From Podarcis filfolensis (taxonomy: Eukaryota), in the NCBI GenBank assembly GCA_964270895.1, contig OZ185444.1: DNA of 64,000 nt. One strand, given 5' to 3'. Each line of letters opens with the position of its first letter. The first letter of the stretch is position 1. A model generated the notes under the pieces. It saw only the letters and a program-made list of their open reading frames with translations, was not told the DNA's origin and made no database searches. The position numbers and the translations under genes were made by a program. Of the stretch, positions 1 to 12,599 are shown in pieces.

Positions 1-88
1 AATATTCAGAGTCGCTGGAAGAAGAAGCTGTGCTTTCGGAGAACCGGGAAGAATCGCAGTCACCATTCTGCTCATCGTTGAGAGGCAT
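1..88 (-). CDS. TCP11L2: First coding exon of T-complex protein 11-like 2, partial (continues off the left edge)
   Basis: Reverse complement of 88..1 reads MPLNDEQNGDCDSSRFSESTASSSSDSEY, matching the recalled vertebrate TCP11L2 N-terminus (human MPFNGEK...DSDSSRFSESMASLSD). A minus-strand acceptor (ttccctcaccccAG at 125-124) leaves 35 nt of 5' UTR (123-89). The head-to-head position with CKAP4 matches known synteny. Confidence 0.88.
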   Translation of the reverse strand, partial: MPLNDEQNGDCDSSRFSESTASSSSDSEY

Positions 89-1649
89 TTTGGGATCGCT
101 TTTGTCAATACAGTACACAGAACCTGGGGTGAGGGAACATATTGAAGTCATCTAGACCTGTTCAGGTGGACTTTTTTTTTTTTTTACAAAACGAACTTCA
201 TTTTTTTAAATTATTATTATTAGAAGGTGGAATCCAGGTTAGTGCTCTTGCACCACTCACAGAAGTGCTTTTGATCCAATGGACAAAGCCATGACCCAAA
301 GGAGAGGCATGAGGATTTTGCCAATAAGTGCTTCCCATTCCAAGGCCATCCATGCCATTTTTCACCCTGTTTGTAGGGGGTCCCCCAAACCTCTGAAGTC
401 AATCTTCTTTTTTAAAAAGTATTGCGGCTGAAGAGGAAGGAGGAATCTGCCATAAATAAAACCCTTTCCCCCTCTTTTCCATTAGCAGAGGGCATTCACT
501 GGATCTAAAGTCCTTCCACAAGCAAGTGGATGGTGCCCTAAGTCACTATGCACAGATGTCATTTCACAAAACAAGCAATGGTTGCCTGTTGAAACAGAAT
601 TTAGTTAGTTTAGTTTTGGTATGAAGCTGAATCAAGCCATACTAAGCCTGTTTGGCCTTTGGTTTTCATAACAAGCATATACAGTATAGAGCTTGGATGT
701 TTTAGAAATAGCTCTTAAACAAAAGCACACAAAACGGCTGTCTCCATGGGGCAAGGTCATAGCTCACCATGCAATCAAAGCTTTTTCTCCCCACCAATAT
801 ATTTTGTTTGATAAGAAGCAATTAGTCCTTTGGAGTGGGGGACGGGGGGACTTTAAATGAGGACTTTGAAGGTGTGTGTGAGGGGAATTCTTTGTCACCG
901 AGTAAAACATCAGACTAACCTACTTAGGCCAGCAGCTCACAGAATGTGACTTTTGCAATTGTGCGGAGATAGATGCAGTTCTCCTGCAAAACAAAAAAAA
1001 AAAGAACCGCACCTGGAAGTTACCAGATTAAATACTGAACATTTATGTAACACAAGGATGCAAAGGTGCATACATTATTGTTGCAATTCTTGTAACGAAA
1101 CTGTTAAGTAGCACACTATTTCCCATCTATTTTGCAGCTGGGAGAGGCAGGGCTAAGGCAAACACAATGGCTTGCCAAAGTTAGGGTTGGGCATTGGGCT
1201 GCTTGTGTATTGTGAAATAATGGTCGCACTTGAAAAAGAGTTAACTCAAATTCAACCCTTCCCAGGAATTTAACAGATCAGAGAGTCATCGGGGAAGGGC
1301 TGTGGCAAAGGGGCAGAGCACCTCCTTGGCATGCAGAGGGTCCCAGTTTCATCCCTTGGCACCTCCAGGTAGCACTGAGAAAGACCCCTATCTGAAATCC
1401 TGGAGATTTATATGGTAGTAATGCTGCTGCTGCAACCCACCTTAGATCAGGCTACAACCTAACAGCAAGTCCTAACCCACCACCTAACCCACCAGCCGGC
1501 ATAGCCAATGGCGAGGAATCATGGGCATTCTAGTCCAATGAAATATGGAAGCCACAGGTCCATGGCTCCTCCAGCAACCATGGCTAGCTGGTCATAGGTT
1601 AATGACTGGGACCAGAAGGCCTGAATAGATTACATCGACTCCAGCCTGA

Positions 1650-2100
1650 CTGCACTGGTTACCAATTTGTTTCTGGGCTCAATTCAAAGTGTTGGCTTTT
1701 AAATCCCTATCGCAGGATTTCCCAAATGTGGGTCTCCAGCTGTTTTTGGACTACAGTTATCATCCCTGACCACTGATCCTGCTAACCAGGGATGATGGGA
1801 ATTGTAGTCCAACAATAGCTGGAGACTCACATTTGGGAAGTTATAGGGCTGAAGACCACAATACCTCAGGGAATGCTTTTTTCCATATGAACCAACCCAA
1901 ACCCTGCAGTCTTCAACAGAAGCCCTTCTCTGTGTTCCCCACCCAAAGGAGGCGTGAATGGTGGCCACATGAGAATGGACCTTTCAGGGTTGACTCCATC
2001 TATGGAATGTTCTTCTTAGGGAGACATGTCTGACACCATCTCTGCCAGTCTTTAGGTGCCAGGCCAAGTCCTTTTTATTTACTCAGGCCTTTGGCTAATC
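1650..2100 (+). mobile_element. Older L2 ORF2 3' fragment, split by the MITE at 1713-1840
   Basis: Degenerate HWLPICFWAQFKVLAFKSL...YEPTQTLQSSTEALLCVP...FSGLTP.LWN, ending caggcctttggc. Confidence 0.62.
1713..1840. mobile_element. ~130-bp hairpin hAT-type MITE inserted in an L2 fragment
   Basis: Arms ttcccaaatgtgggtctccagctg..tttggactaca and tgtagtccaa..agctggagactcacatttgggaa. The L2 reading frame continues on both sides. Confidence 0.7.
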
Positions 2101-2920
2101 AATGTGGCCTCCTACGGTGGTTTTCCTATATTGTGTTGTGGGTTAGAAACTCAGGTATATAAGCTAGGTGCCAAATTGCTCCTTTAACCAGGGTTACAGT
2201 CACCAAAACTGAATGCCTAGTTGCCATTTTGGGGCCAGACGGCTCAAAAGTCATATCTTTCAATACAACCTTTTGGTTCCCAAAATTCATTCTGATTGTG
2301 CAGATAAAGTATCATTAATAGAATTCTACAGAATGTGTTGCTAGTGTGTGAAAATAATCAAGATCCAAGGATCTCCAAGAATGCACCTCCAGATGATGGA
2401 GATATCAGGCGCCATTTTGGCACCTGGGCATCTTCACTTGGTCGCAGGTGGCCGGTAGCCAGGTGCAAAATGTGCCTGGCGAATTTCAAACGCTGGTGGG
2501 TAGGAATTGTCTTTATGAAACATGTTACTAAATGAGCCTTTTGCATTGTTTACTGACATTGCTGTTATGTCTTGCATTTTATCCTGTCAAGTTACCTTGA
2601 GGCTTTTTATCGTTTAAAATGACGGAGAGATGTTTCTGTTCCTTTTTCTCTTTGCAGATGTTGGCACTCAGAGCAGGTGGCCATTAGGAGAGGCTTTGTC
2701 TCTCCCCGCTCCCCCCCCCCCCCGCTGTGCTGAAAGCAAATAGCTCTCACTCCTACTCTGGCTAGCAAATGACACCACAATGCTTTCTTTTTTTGAAGCT
2801 GCCACCTACACAGCAATCAGCTTTGTGAAATATTTGACAATGTTTAACCACAATCAAATAATAAGCAGTCAAAAGACCAGTCAATTAATTGACAGGCCAT
2901 TCGAAGATCACCTAACTAAA

Positions 2921-3594
2921 GGCTCATTCGCACTATACATTTAAAGCATTTAAGCAGCCATGTCTTCCCCAAAGAATACTGGGAACTGTAGTTTGTTGAG
3001 GGTGCTGAGGATTGCTAGGAGATCCCTGTTCTCCTCACAGAGCTACAATTCCCAGAGCGGTTTAACAAGCAAACCCTCTTTCCAGGGAACCGTAGCTCTG
3101 GGAGGGGAATAGGGGTCTCCTAACAATTCTGCAAGGGACGCGGGTGGCGCTGTGGGTTAAACCACAGAGCCTAGGACTTGCTGATCAGAAGGTCGGCAGT
3201 TTGAATCCCCGCCATGGAGTGAGCTCCCGTTGCTTAGTCCCTGCTCCTGCCAACCTAGCAGTTCGAAAGCACGTCAAAGTGCAAGTAAATAAATAGGTAC
3301 TACTCTGGCGGGAAGGTAAACGGCGTTTCTGTGCGCTGCTCTGGTTCGTCAGAAGCGGCTTAGTCATGCTGGCCACATGAACCGGAAGCTGTACGCCGGC
3401 TCCCTCAGCCAATAAAGCGAGATGAGTGCCGCAACCCCAGAGTCGTCCGCGACAAGACCTAATGGTCAGGGGACCCTTTACCTTTACCTTTAACAATTCT
3501 GCAGCATACTGCAACTCCCATAATTATTAGGGGGGGGGGCATGACTGTATAAAGTGGTATCATACTACTTTAAATGTATGTTGTGAATGTAACC
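2921..3594. mobile_element. Palindromic MITE (PIF/Harbinger-like), host of the Sauria SINE at 3135
   Basis: Imperfect ~28-bp TIRs ggctcattcgcactatacatttaaagca / tactttaaatgtatgttgtgaatgtaacc, internal inverted ggaactgtag / ctacaattccc motifs, and 3-bp aaa flanks. The superfamily call is inference. Confidence 0.62.
3135..3492 (+). mobile_element. Sauria SINE, full length
   Basis: tRNA-like head gggacgcgggtggcgctgtgggttaaacc, typical body and (ACCTTT)n tail. 13-bp TSD TAACAATTCTGCA at 3121-3133 and 3491-3503. Confidence 0.92.
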
Positions 3595-4914
3595 AAAGTT
3601 CAAAATAAGGACAGATTTGGACAAGCCACTATCCAGCATAGCTGCTCACTTGGCCCCTGCTCTCATTTTTGGGGAGCCAGTGATAGAAAGAGCACCTCCA
3701 AACACTTCACACAGATAGTAGGGAGAAGCTTCTGCATCTCAGGATTTAATGTGGTGAAATCACTTCCTGTGCCAAGGAACAGCAATCATTTTCAATGTGG
3801 CTCAGGTAGCTCTACAACAAAAAAGATTTCCAGGCATGCACCTGAGTCAACACGTGTAAGACAGGAAGCAAATATGTCATCATCCCATTAAAAACAACCA
3901 AATGGAATTTAGATTTTCACATGGTGCAAATGACTCAAGCTATTTCATAGCTAACCAGCCAGCAGACATATACTTGCATGAAGTGCCAGAGTTAGGTGTC
4001 TTGTTTACAGTCAACAAATCTGCCAGGTGTCCCTTACTTTTAAGGAACATCCCATATTCTGAAACAAAAACCATTACAGAATGCACAGAATGTAGCTTTC
4101 CTTTAAAATATATGTGGCAATATGCAGAGCAGAAAGCCACAACTCAGGTGTCCTGTGTTTTCACACATCTACCCTAGAGCACACAAAACCCGTTTTTTCA
4201 AAAGCTACAAATCACTGTACAGAGAAACAGAAAAAACGCATCTTAGTCTCAGACTCATGGGTTTGAGCCCCACATTGGGCAAAAGATCCCTGCACTACAG
4301 GGGGTTGACTAGATGACCCTCGTGGTCCCTTCCAGTTCCAATTTGATAATTAAACAAATGATCTTTAAATAAATCAACCACTTCCTGTGAAACATCTCAA
4401 AGCAATTTAACACCTACGATTAAAAACATATATATGAAGCAATTTCATATATAAAAACAATTTCTTATTGACAAAGCACTCTTTGGATTCCCATAGGCAT
4501 CACTTTAGATCTGAGTAAGATTTTTTTAAAGAGATCTATCAGAACAATCTGTACAGCATCTTGGACACCAGATACTAGCTGACTGCTAAGGCTAGCACCG
4601 GCCAGAAAACTGTAGCGGGCAAACTTGCAATCTGTGCATATTTGACACAAGGATATATCAGGGACCTAGTGAGGGACTAAAAATAGACTCAAGACTCATG
4701 GCCAAAATAAAAGAAAGGAGAGGCATATGATCAGGAGCTCTAAGAGTTTCATTCATTCATCCTAATAGACACATACTGGATATCGTTTAGCTTCCGCTGA
4801 AGAAAAAATATCAGATATACTGGATAAGCTCTTAACCTAAATACAGCCTCACTAGCCCATCATCATGTTCTTTCTTTTGAATGGACAGTGAAATGGCAAT
4901 CACCACTCACGTTT

Positions 4915-5500
4915 CTCCCATATATTTATTTATTATCGTGTCAGGCCATCTCTTAGGAGCAAAGTCCTCATATGGCAGCTTCCATGAAAAACAACAATAT
5001 ACTTAAATCGAACACAGAGATATCAAAAATATGAAACAACTGCTGGAAGAATAAAACCAGTTAAAACATCTAGTGTCATTTCAACAACAGTTCACACCAA
5101 GAGAACCAGCTTAAGAGTTTGAGGGGGAAGCAACCTGAAATATGTCATTACAGGCTCACAGGCCTGTGGTGAAGGGGCCACATGTCCCCCAGCTGTGGTT
5201 CCACTGCTGAAAAGGCCCCATCCTTTATGCTCACTTCAATGGCTGTTGTATGTGAAGGGCCTCCAAAGCTGATCTTCAGGCAAGGGCAGATTCATACATG
5301 TGAAGGTGCTTCTTTAGGTAATCTGGTCCCAAACTACATAGGTAAACTGTACCCAGAAATGTACCGGCAACCAGAGCAACTTGTACAATATTGGTGCTAT
5401 GTGCTCCAACCACTTGGCCATCACCAACATCTGTTTGGAGGCAGATGTTTTACACCAGTTGAAATATCTCAACCATGCTAATCAAGCCTGGTTCTCATTA
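4915..5500 (-). mobile_element. Older L2 3' fragment
   Basis: AT-rich tail at the left end plus a degenerate reverse-complement L2 motif (aaaaggcccc, aggtaatctggtccc). Confidence 0.5.
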
Positions 5501-5511
5501 ATGCCATAGTA

Positions 5512-5762
5512 CAGTCGTACCTCGGCTCCCGAACACCTTGGGAGTCAAACGTTCCTGCTCCCGAACAATCGAAAACCGGAAGTGATTGTTCCAGTTTTTG
5601 AACGTTCTTTTGGAAGTTGAACATCCGGTGGAACTTCCACGGCTTCCGATTGGCTGCAGGAGCTTCCTGCAGCCAAGCAGAAGCTGTGCTTTGAAAGTCG
5701 AACATTTTGGAAGTCGAACGGACATCCAGAACGGATTCTGTTCAACTTCCGAGGTACAACTG
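5512..5762. mobile_element. Tigger/pogo-like MITE, different internal subfamily
   Basis: TA-CAGTCGTACCTCGG...CCGAGGTACAACTG-TA. Internal sequence is unlike the 242-bp family. Confidence 0.82.
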
Positions 5763-8700
5763 TAAGGTTATAATGTTTATCTACAGCGTGTGTCTGCAGT
5801 AGAAGATGTACTTGGGCTAGCTTGCCCATTCTACCTGCTCAAGAGTTGTTCCGCAAACAGAATCCGATCCAATTCATTGGAGGCAATGTTTTCGACACTT
5901 GGTGCATTTGAGAACATTAATCAGATGCCCAGCAGGTCTACAGACGGAGACAAAGAAAATAAGAGATTTATGATCAGTGCCTGCAATTGAATTGTGTGAT
6001 GCACCTTCTGAGCAGGAGCTGCCTTGTCTTCATGGGAAGACAAGGAGACCGATTCTGTGATCATTAAGCCCGAACATTGAGATTTCCATGAACAAATTCA
6101 GTTTTGGGTACCTCTGTATGCTATTCATCCATCTATTCCTACAGCAGCCTGTGCCTCTAGCGAGTTCCAAGCAATTACTTTGGGTGCGCTGGGAAGGAGC
6201 AGAAGGTTGGTAGCTAATGCTCTGCATAACTCTCATTGGTCCATTATAGTTCAGTACACAGACTTGCAGTGGCTCTCCGGGGTCTTAGTCAGGAGCCTGT
6301 CTAGAGATTCTGGGGATCAAATCTGGGACCTTCTGCAATCAAAGCAGGTGCTGTACTTTTGAGCTGTGGTTCTTCCCATGACCTGCCAATTCTCCATGGT
6401 ACTTGATGACCAGATCAGATGTCTTTCTCCTTTGCTGATTTTTGGCTGCCTCTTGGCCCTCCTCATGGGGATTCTCCCAGAACTCCAATCAGCCCTCATC
6501 TTTCTCCTCTTGGGACCTGTGCCTCGTTATTAGTGTGACCTGGTTATTAACAGCTCATCATGGGCATTAGGGTAAATGGACTGCCAGTCAAATCGACTCT
6601 TCCCTCTCTTCAATCAATGACTTCGTTAACAATCAGCGCTCCACGCTTTCATGTTTGGTGCAGACAAAAACCAATCGATTTCAAGCAAAACCCACCCAAG
6701 AGCTACTGCAGCGTGGCCTCCATTCATTTCCATCGGGCCTCTGTGCAAAGGCTATAAAGGACCCAACAGAAAGGTCTGCTCCAAGTACATATAAACCAAG
6801 TGAGCCTGGTCTGGAAAGCGGGGCAGATCATCTCGAGGGGATACAGACTAGGGGGAAGTAAGCAGTAGGCATGGAAGGGTTCTGCACTTCTCACCTGTAC
6901 ACTGTTTTTACTCTTTATATCATACACCACCATCACAACACACACACTTGTGATACATACTTTAAACTGACCCACATTTAAAGTGATTGCCCTGCCACCA
7001 TCGCACCTAATCTGGCTCTCCAGTGAATGGAAATTGGACAGCACCTTAATCCCATATTGCAATAATTCCACAGCTACTGATAATTAAGTGCAATTTTCAC
7101 TTCAAACGTCTACTACTCAATTTGGTGATCTACATTCGTGTAAACATCAGAAAGGGTCTTTCTAAAAATGGGACACGCTAATGGTTGGTGGCACTCGGGA
7201 GACTTCATTTGACAAACAAATTAGCCTTCTTCGAAAAGACTGTACAGGCAAAAGGATTGTTCTACACTGAATAATATTACAAGGCTTTTTAAATAGGGGA
7301 TTCTGGTATATTTTTTAACCTATATTCTTTGTTCTTCTGTCCAGTTAATGCCGTTTACTAAGCTTAGGTTCTTACTGGGGTTTCCCTTGGTTTTTCTTAG
7401 GGCTGCAACAGACAAGGTGTGGATAATCAGTAACTGGATCGCCTGACACTCCCCCCCCCCAAGAAAGTAGTGTCTATTTTGAACTGAGCCGTACATGAGG
7501 AGTGGAGCCTTAACCCTTCCTTCCCTGTCCCACAGTACTGTTTTATACATCTAAATTGTTTATCCAACATTGCCTTGGGGCCTCCAGTAGAAAAAATACA
7601 AACACGTTATTTTAAACAAAATAGCTGTAATTCTCTGCAAATGTAAGAGTAGAAAAACCTCATGCAAGAAAATTCTGTAAATGCAATGTTGCAACATTTG
7701 TTGCAGATTTTCGGTTTGGAATTTCTCTCTCCTGGTGTTAGCAACTTGCAAAACATGCTTACATGGGAGTAAAGCCCATTGAACCCAGTGGGATTTGCTT
7801 CCGAGCAAAAATAAAAATGCAGACGATTTTGCTGGCTGTCATCAGTAAGGGACCAGCAGCAAAATGTTGCTGTTGGTCTCCCCTCCTGAGAAGAACCATC
7901 GGGATTCCAACCAGCCAGCCTTTCCCTTACAGCTACGCATTCCACTCTCCCTGCCGTCCATGGTCTTCTATTTAATGTTTCCAAATTATACTCACCACTG
8001 TCAAGTTACTGAGGATGCTCCATCTTCATTGGGCTGTTTTGGCAGTTTCTCTCCCCACCCCAGTATAAAGTTGTTTTGTACTTCTTCAGGGGTCTCCTGA
8101 AGGGTTGTAGTGCTGTGATGGGTTCAATCTCTGGCTAGGGTTGGGAAAGACCCCTGCCAAAACTGGGGGAGAGATTCTGTGAGCTGATGTAGACAATACT
8201 GAGCTAGATGGACCATCCAGGTGGTTTGACTTGGTATGAGGAAGTCTATTACTTTCATTTTCCTCTGTGGTTTTGCTTCATTGCTGTTACCAGTTACCAC
8301 TTGAGTTCACTATTAGATGGAAGAGATATTTGACTTGCTTTTTGATCTTTTTAACCCATATATGTTTCCCCAGATAACCAGGCCTGCCTCATCCCATCTC
8401 CTGCCATTCCTACTAGCCTTGTGACCCAGTAAGCATAGTTTGGGTTTGTCACATTGGCTAATTCAGCTTAGATCCACTAATAGCACATCCCGTCATCCCA
8501 TTGCTTTTTGCTGAGCTAATCACAAATCTGCTTAAGAGACCTTTGAGTGTTCTGCCGTGGAGGACATACCGCAAAGGGCTTTTTTGCCTATATCACTTTA
8601 TTTTACCCATATATAGTACAGAGAAATACTTCTCCAATACTAAGATTGGAGACAGTAATGACTTTTAAATGCCTCTTAAAAACTTAACCTAAGCTTCCTA

Positions 8701-9239
8701 GACTCTGACAAAAAATTATTTCTTTCTTGTACAGTATTCAGCTTTATTTGTGACATACAGGTATATATTGCTTTTATCTTCTTTTTAAGAATTTGCACTG
8801 AATGTTATTGTGCTTTTATTACTTTTATGTAAACTGCTTAGCCATTTTTATTCTATCATCATGGCAGTCACAAACTAGCCCTGTTGTTCATTCTCATGTT
8901 ATTAAACAGAACACAGTAATTCTGATCTGGAAATTATGTATTTTATATTGTAATTTTACGTTGTGAACTGCCCTGAGGTCTACAGGTAAAGGGCAGTATA
9001 CAAATGTTAACACCACCACCACCACCACCACATTTCTGGGGCAGGGTGGTGGTGGTGTACCCTGGGTCTAACCACTCATCTGGGGTAAGTTACCCGCACT
9101 CCCAATTCAGGATCTTCACTCCTCCTATCAGTCCAGCCTATGTCAACCCGATTCTTAATCTTTTGACATCCTCATGAATGCTGAGGCTCAGGAAAGTTTG
9201 TAGACGCCTGCAAACGCAAAACTTAAAAAGAAAAAAGGC

Positions 9240-11110
9240 CATTCGAGCGGAGGCTTAGTTCAGAATAAATACGCATAGGATCAGACTGCGCAATTTGGCA
9301 GCCTTCTCCTGCCTCGCTCCCCGAAATCGCCAGCGCTCAGCCGTCGAGCAAGATTTGCGCGAGCAACAGCGGCTCTCGCTGGCCCCCATTTAGGCGAGCT
9401 GCCCGAAGCTCCTCCTCTTCCTCCATCTGTTTCAGTTATTCCCTCCCCACAAATGTATTTTTGGCAGTTACTCGGAGGTACGAGTGCTTTGGCATTGACC
9501 GACCAAAACAAAAGCAGCGTTTCCAAGGAAAGCATTTAAACACACAGACACACACAGAGCCTCCAATTTACCCCTTTCCTACCCCCTTCGCCGTTGCCTC
9601 TGCTAACATCTGTTTTGTTTTCTTTGTTAAACACACAATCTTTTCTTTAAAAAACAAAAGCATCTGCCGGTTCCTTAATTATACACCCCAGGAAAATCGG
9701 GGGGAAGGGAGAGACGAGAGGAGAAACTTTAGGGGCCTATTTTTATTTTGTTTAAGACACGCAACCACAATAAGGCTTGCAAACCACGAGCGCTCCCCGC
9801 CGCCGGTTCTGCAAGAGGACAGCGGGGTTGTTTACCACCACCGCTCGGAGCAAAGCCTACTGCCCTAACCGCCATTACTCAGGTGTAAGCGCACTGAATA
9901 ACAGGACGGCTCACTTGCAAAAGGACGGTCATAGGATCGAGCGGCAGGGCTTGTTCTAATCTTGAAACAGAGAGAAAATAAGTCACCTTGAACTCCCCCC
10001 TCCCAGCCGCGCTGAATCCAGCTCTGGAATATCCCTCTGCAAGCCAAGATTCCATCACACTGGGAGCTGAAGTGCGGGGGGGGGGGAGAAAATGCGGAGC
10101 TGAACCGGATTATAGATAAATTCCCCCGGGGAGGTGAGAAAAGAGGTGAAAGAGATGGAAGGGACCTGCTTTCTTCCCGCCTCCCCCCCCAAAAAACCGC
10201 CCGATCCACTCACCCCAAGAGAGCCTCAGGCAGGGTCAGCCTTAACCCCCCTTTGCTCCTGCTGCTACTCAGCCGTTCTCACCGGGGCTTTAACTCCCTC
10301 CCCCCGCTTCACTTAGTTATACATAGTCCCCGGGTGTCTATTAGCAAGCTGCCTGGACGCTTCCACTTCCCTGGGGAGAGGGGGGGGGAAGGAAAGAGAT
10401 TTAATCCCGTATGCGGCAAAGCTCTGTCGGCACGGAAGAGAGAGAAGGGGGGGAACAATGGATTTCAGGCTATTATCAAGCAAGGTGCATAACTCAAATC
10501 GTGGGGAACGAGGAAAGTGGGTCCATAAAGCAGGGCTCTTTCTCCACCCCCATAGGGTGAAATGCTGCTTTCCCGGCAGAGGGGAGGGGACTGAGCGGTG
10601 TTTACGGAAGGAGAGCCGTGTCCTCAGTTCTCCCTTGGCTGCTGGGATGGTGGGTTTCCTACTAGTCCGCCCGCCTCCCGCCGCGGGTCTTGGGCTGCTG
10701 CCAGCATTGTGGCCAACGCAGACCTCTCTCCTCTTCGCCATCCCGCGCTCCGTCCGGGCATCGCGAGCCTTTGCTGCTTCCAAGCCGGCGCCAAGCAAGG
10801 AGCCGCTGCCTATGTGGATGCTCACTTCATATTGCTTTTATCTCCGCTCAGCCTTCGCCAAGCTGGTGCCCGCCAAACGTTTTGGACCACAACTCCCGTC
10901 AGCCCCAGCCAGGGCAGCTTAGTGACGTGGGAGCCGCGGAGGGCGCTAGTTTGGCAAAGGCTTTCGGATTCTCTGCCTAAAACAATCGTGAGCTGGTTTG
11001 GAATTATCTAAATAAAAACATGTTTTTGGACCGGGGATCAGGGCCGATCCACTCATGAGACAAGGTTGAGGTGACTGCCTCTGGCGGCAGGATCCACAGG
11101 GGCAGCAGAT
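9240..11110. promoter_or_regulatory. TCP11L2: CpG-rich region, probable TCP11L2 promoter and non-coding first exon(s)
   Basis: CpG-dense blocks at about 9240-9420, 9780-10020 and 10590-10950. On the minus strand there is a TATA-like GATAAAAG (10842-10835) and candidate donors GGG|GTGAGT (10213), AAG|GTGACT (9986) and CAA|GTGAGC (9914). The exon limits are inference. Confidence 0.5.
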
Positions 11111-12069
11111 CCCGATACAGCAGACTCTGATGTAGCTCTTATCACACCTTCTTCCTTGGCCGGGGGCACCATTTTGTGGTTCACCTAAATGACTTGGGCC
11201 GGCCCTATTGGGGATGGACACCAGCTGGATGGGAAAAGAAGAATTTGACACAGAAGATCTAAACCCCCCCCTTATTTTTGTATTTTGCCTTTATTTGATC
11301 CTGCAGGACAAGGCAGTGTGCATGGGCTTCCAAAGCTGTCTCCCATCTGACCTGCTTAGCTGAAGCTTGGGGTTTCATGTGCCTTCACACCAGTTAGCCC
11401 CAATAGCTAAATGGCTCTTCAGTGTTGAGAGATGTTATATCAATGAATACCAGCTGTCGGCAGCATTAGGAGTGGATTTGCTGAAGGAATCTGATCAATT
11501 TTTGATGGAAACAGGATGCTAAACTAAATGAACTTTTTTGTTTGATCAACAATACTTCATGTTTCCTCACCCTAAGCATTTCAGTATTGCAGGAGAACTG
11601 TCAATGTTTTTGTGTGATCCAAGGATGAAATATTTGTTTGGTAACAAAATGTAGTTTGAAAAAATCCTGCTTCTGGAATGCAGAGTTAAATTTAAACTTA
11701 GCACCATGTTGCAGGGAAAGACATTTCATGTGGAAAGTTTTGAATAGTTTCTGCTACTATTTAAAAAACCTAGTGTAATAAAAAATCTGCACAGGGACTA
11801 TATTATGCAATCAACGTGTTTGTTGTTATGACCAACCTACTCCTTGTTAGAATCAACTCTGAGTCATGAGCTTATGACTCCACCTACTTGGAAGACAGGA
11901 TGCCAAACTAAGTTATCAGAGTTACCCAAGACTTCAGACACACTCCAGTATCACAGAAGCAGCATATGATGTTTCTCTTTTCCGCCCAGTACAGCTATTA
12001 CAGCAAATACAGGCGACCTGTTTTCTTTAAGTATATACTTTTGGGAATAGATCTCTCTTCAAAATAAGA

Positions 12070-12459
12070 GCATGTTTTATGTTATAAATAATGTGCTGCT
12101 CAGATTTTTGGGGGGTGTTTTCCAATCTACTTCTCATCAATAAAAATTTGAGTGCGGCACAAGTACAGTGGTACCTCGGGTTACATACGCTTCAGGTTAC
12201 ATACGCTTCAGGTTACAGACTCCGCTAACCCAGAAATATTACCTCGGGTTAAGAACTTTGCTTCAGAATGAGAACAGAAATCGTGCTCCAGCGGCGCAGC
12301 GGCAGCAGGAGGCCCCATTAGCTAAAGTGGTGCTTCAGGTTAAGAACAGTTTCAGGTTAAGAACGGACCTCCGGAACGAATTAAGTACTTAACCCGAGGT
12401 ACCACTGTAAATGTTTATTCTGAAAGTGTGGCCCAGATAAAAAAGTTTGTGAGCAGCTG
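12070..12459. mobile_element. Same hAT MITE family as 17648-17832 in reverse orientation, split by the Tigger MITE at 12166-12407
   Basis: Sequence on both sides of the Tigger MITE joins to match the reverse complement of 17648-17790 (...tttattctgaaagtgtggcccaga.aaaaaagtttg...). Confidence 0.65.
12166..12407 (+). mobile_element. Tc1/mariner (Tigger/pogo-like) non-autonomous MITE, 242 bp
   Basis: TIRs CAGTGGTACCTCGGGTTA / TAACCCGAGGTACCACTG with flanking TA duplication. No coding capacity. Confidence 0.9.
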
Positions 12460-12561
12460 CATTGCATCATATACAAAGTCAGAACAGCCATTAACTCATT
12501 TGTCACGTGTTTAATGTTACTAAGCAACTGGACCTATATAGTAAAATCAGCCTGTTTCTAA

Positions 12562-12599
<38 letters not shown>
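12562..12599. repeat. (TATC)n microsatellite
   Basis: About 9 units just upstream of the CKAP4 CpG island. Confidence 0.95.

Noticed and set aside
9011-9058. (CAC)n / (GGT)n fold-back
   Set aside because: Simple-repeat tail of an old L2-like 3' end plus a short complementary run.
10313-11011. Overlapping 96-170 aa ORFs on both strands
   Set aside because: Typical CpG-island ORFs with no recognisable domain.
11861-11880. 20-bp near-palindrome gagtcatgagcttatgactc overlapping one AP-1 site
   Set aside because: Only one full TGAGTCA, and no conservation evidence is available.
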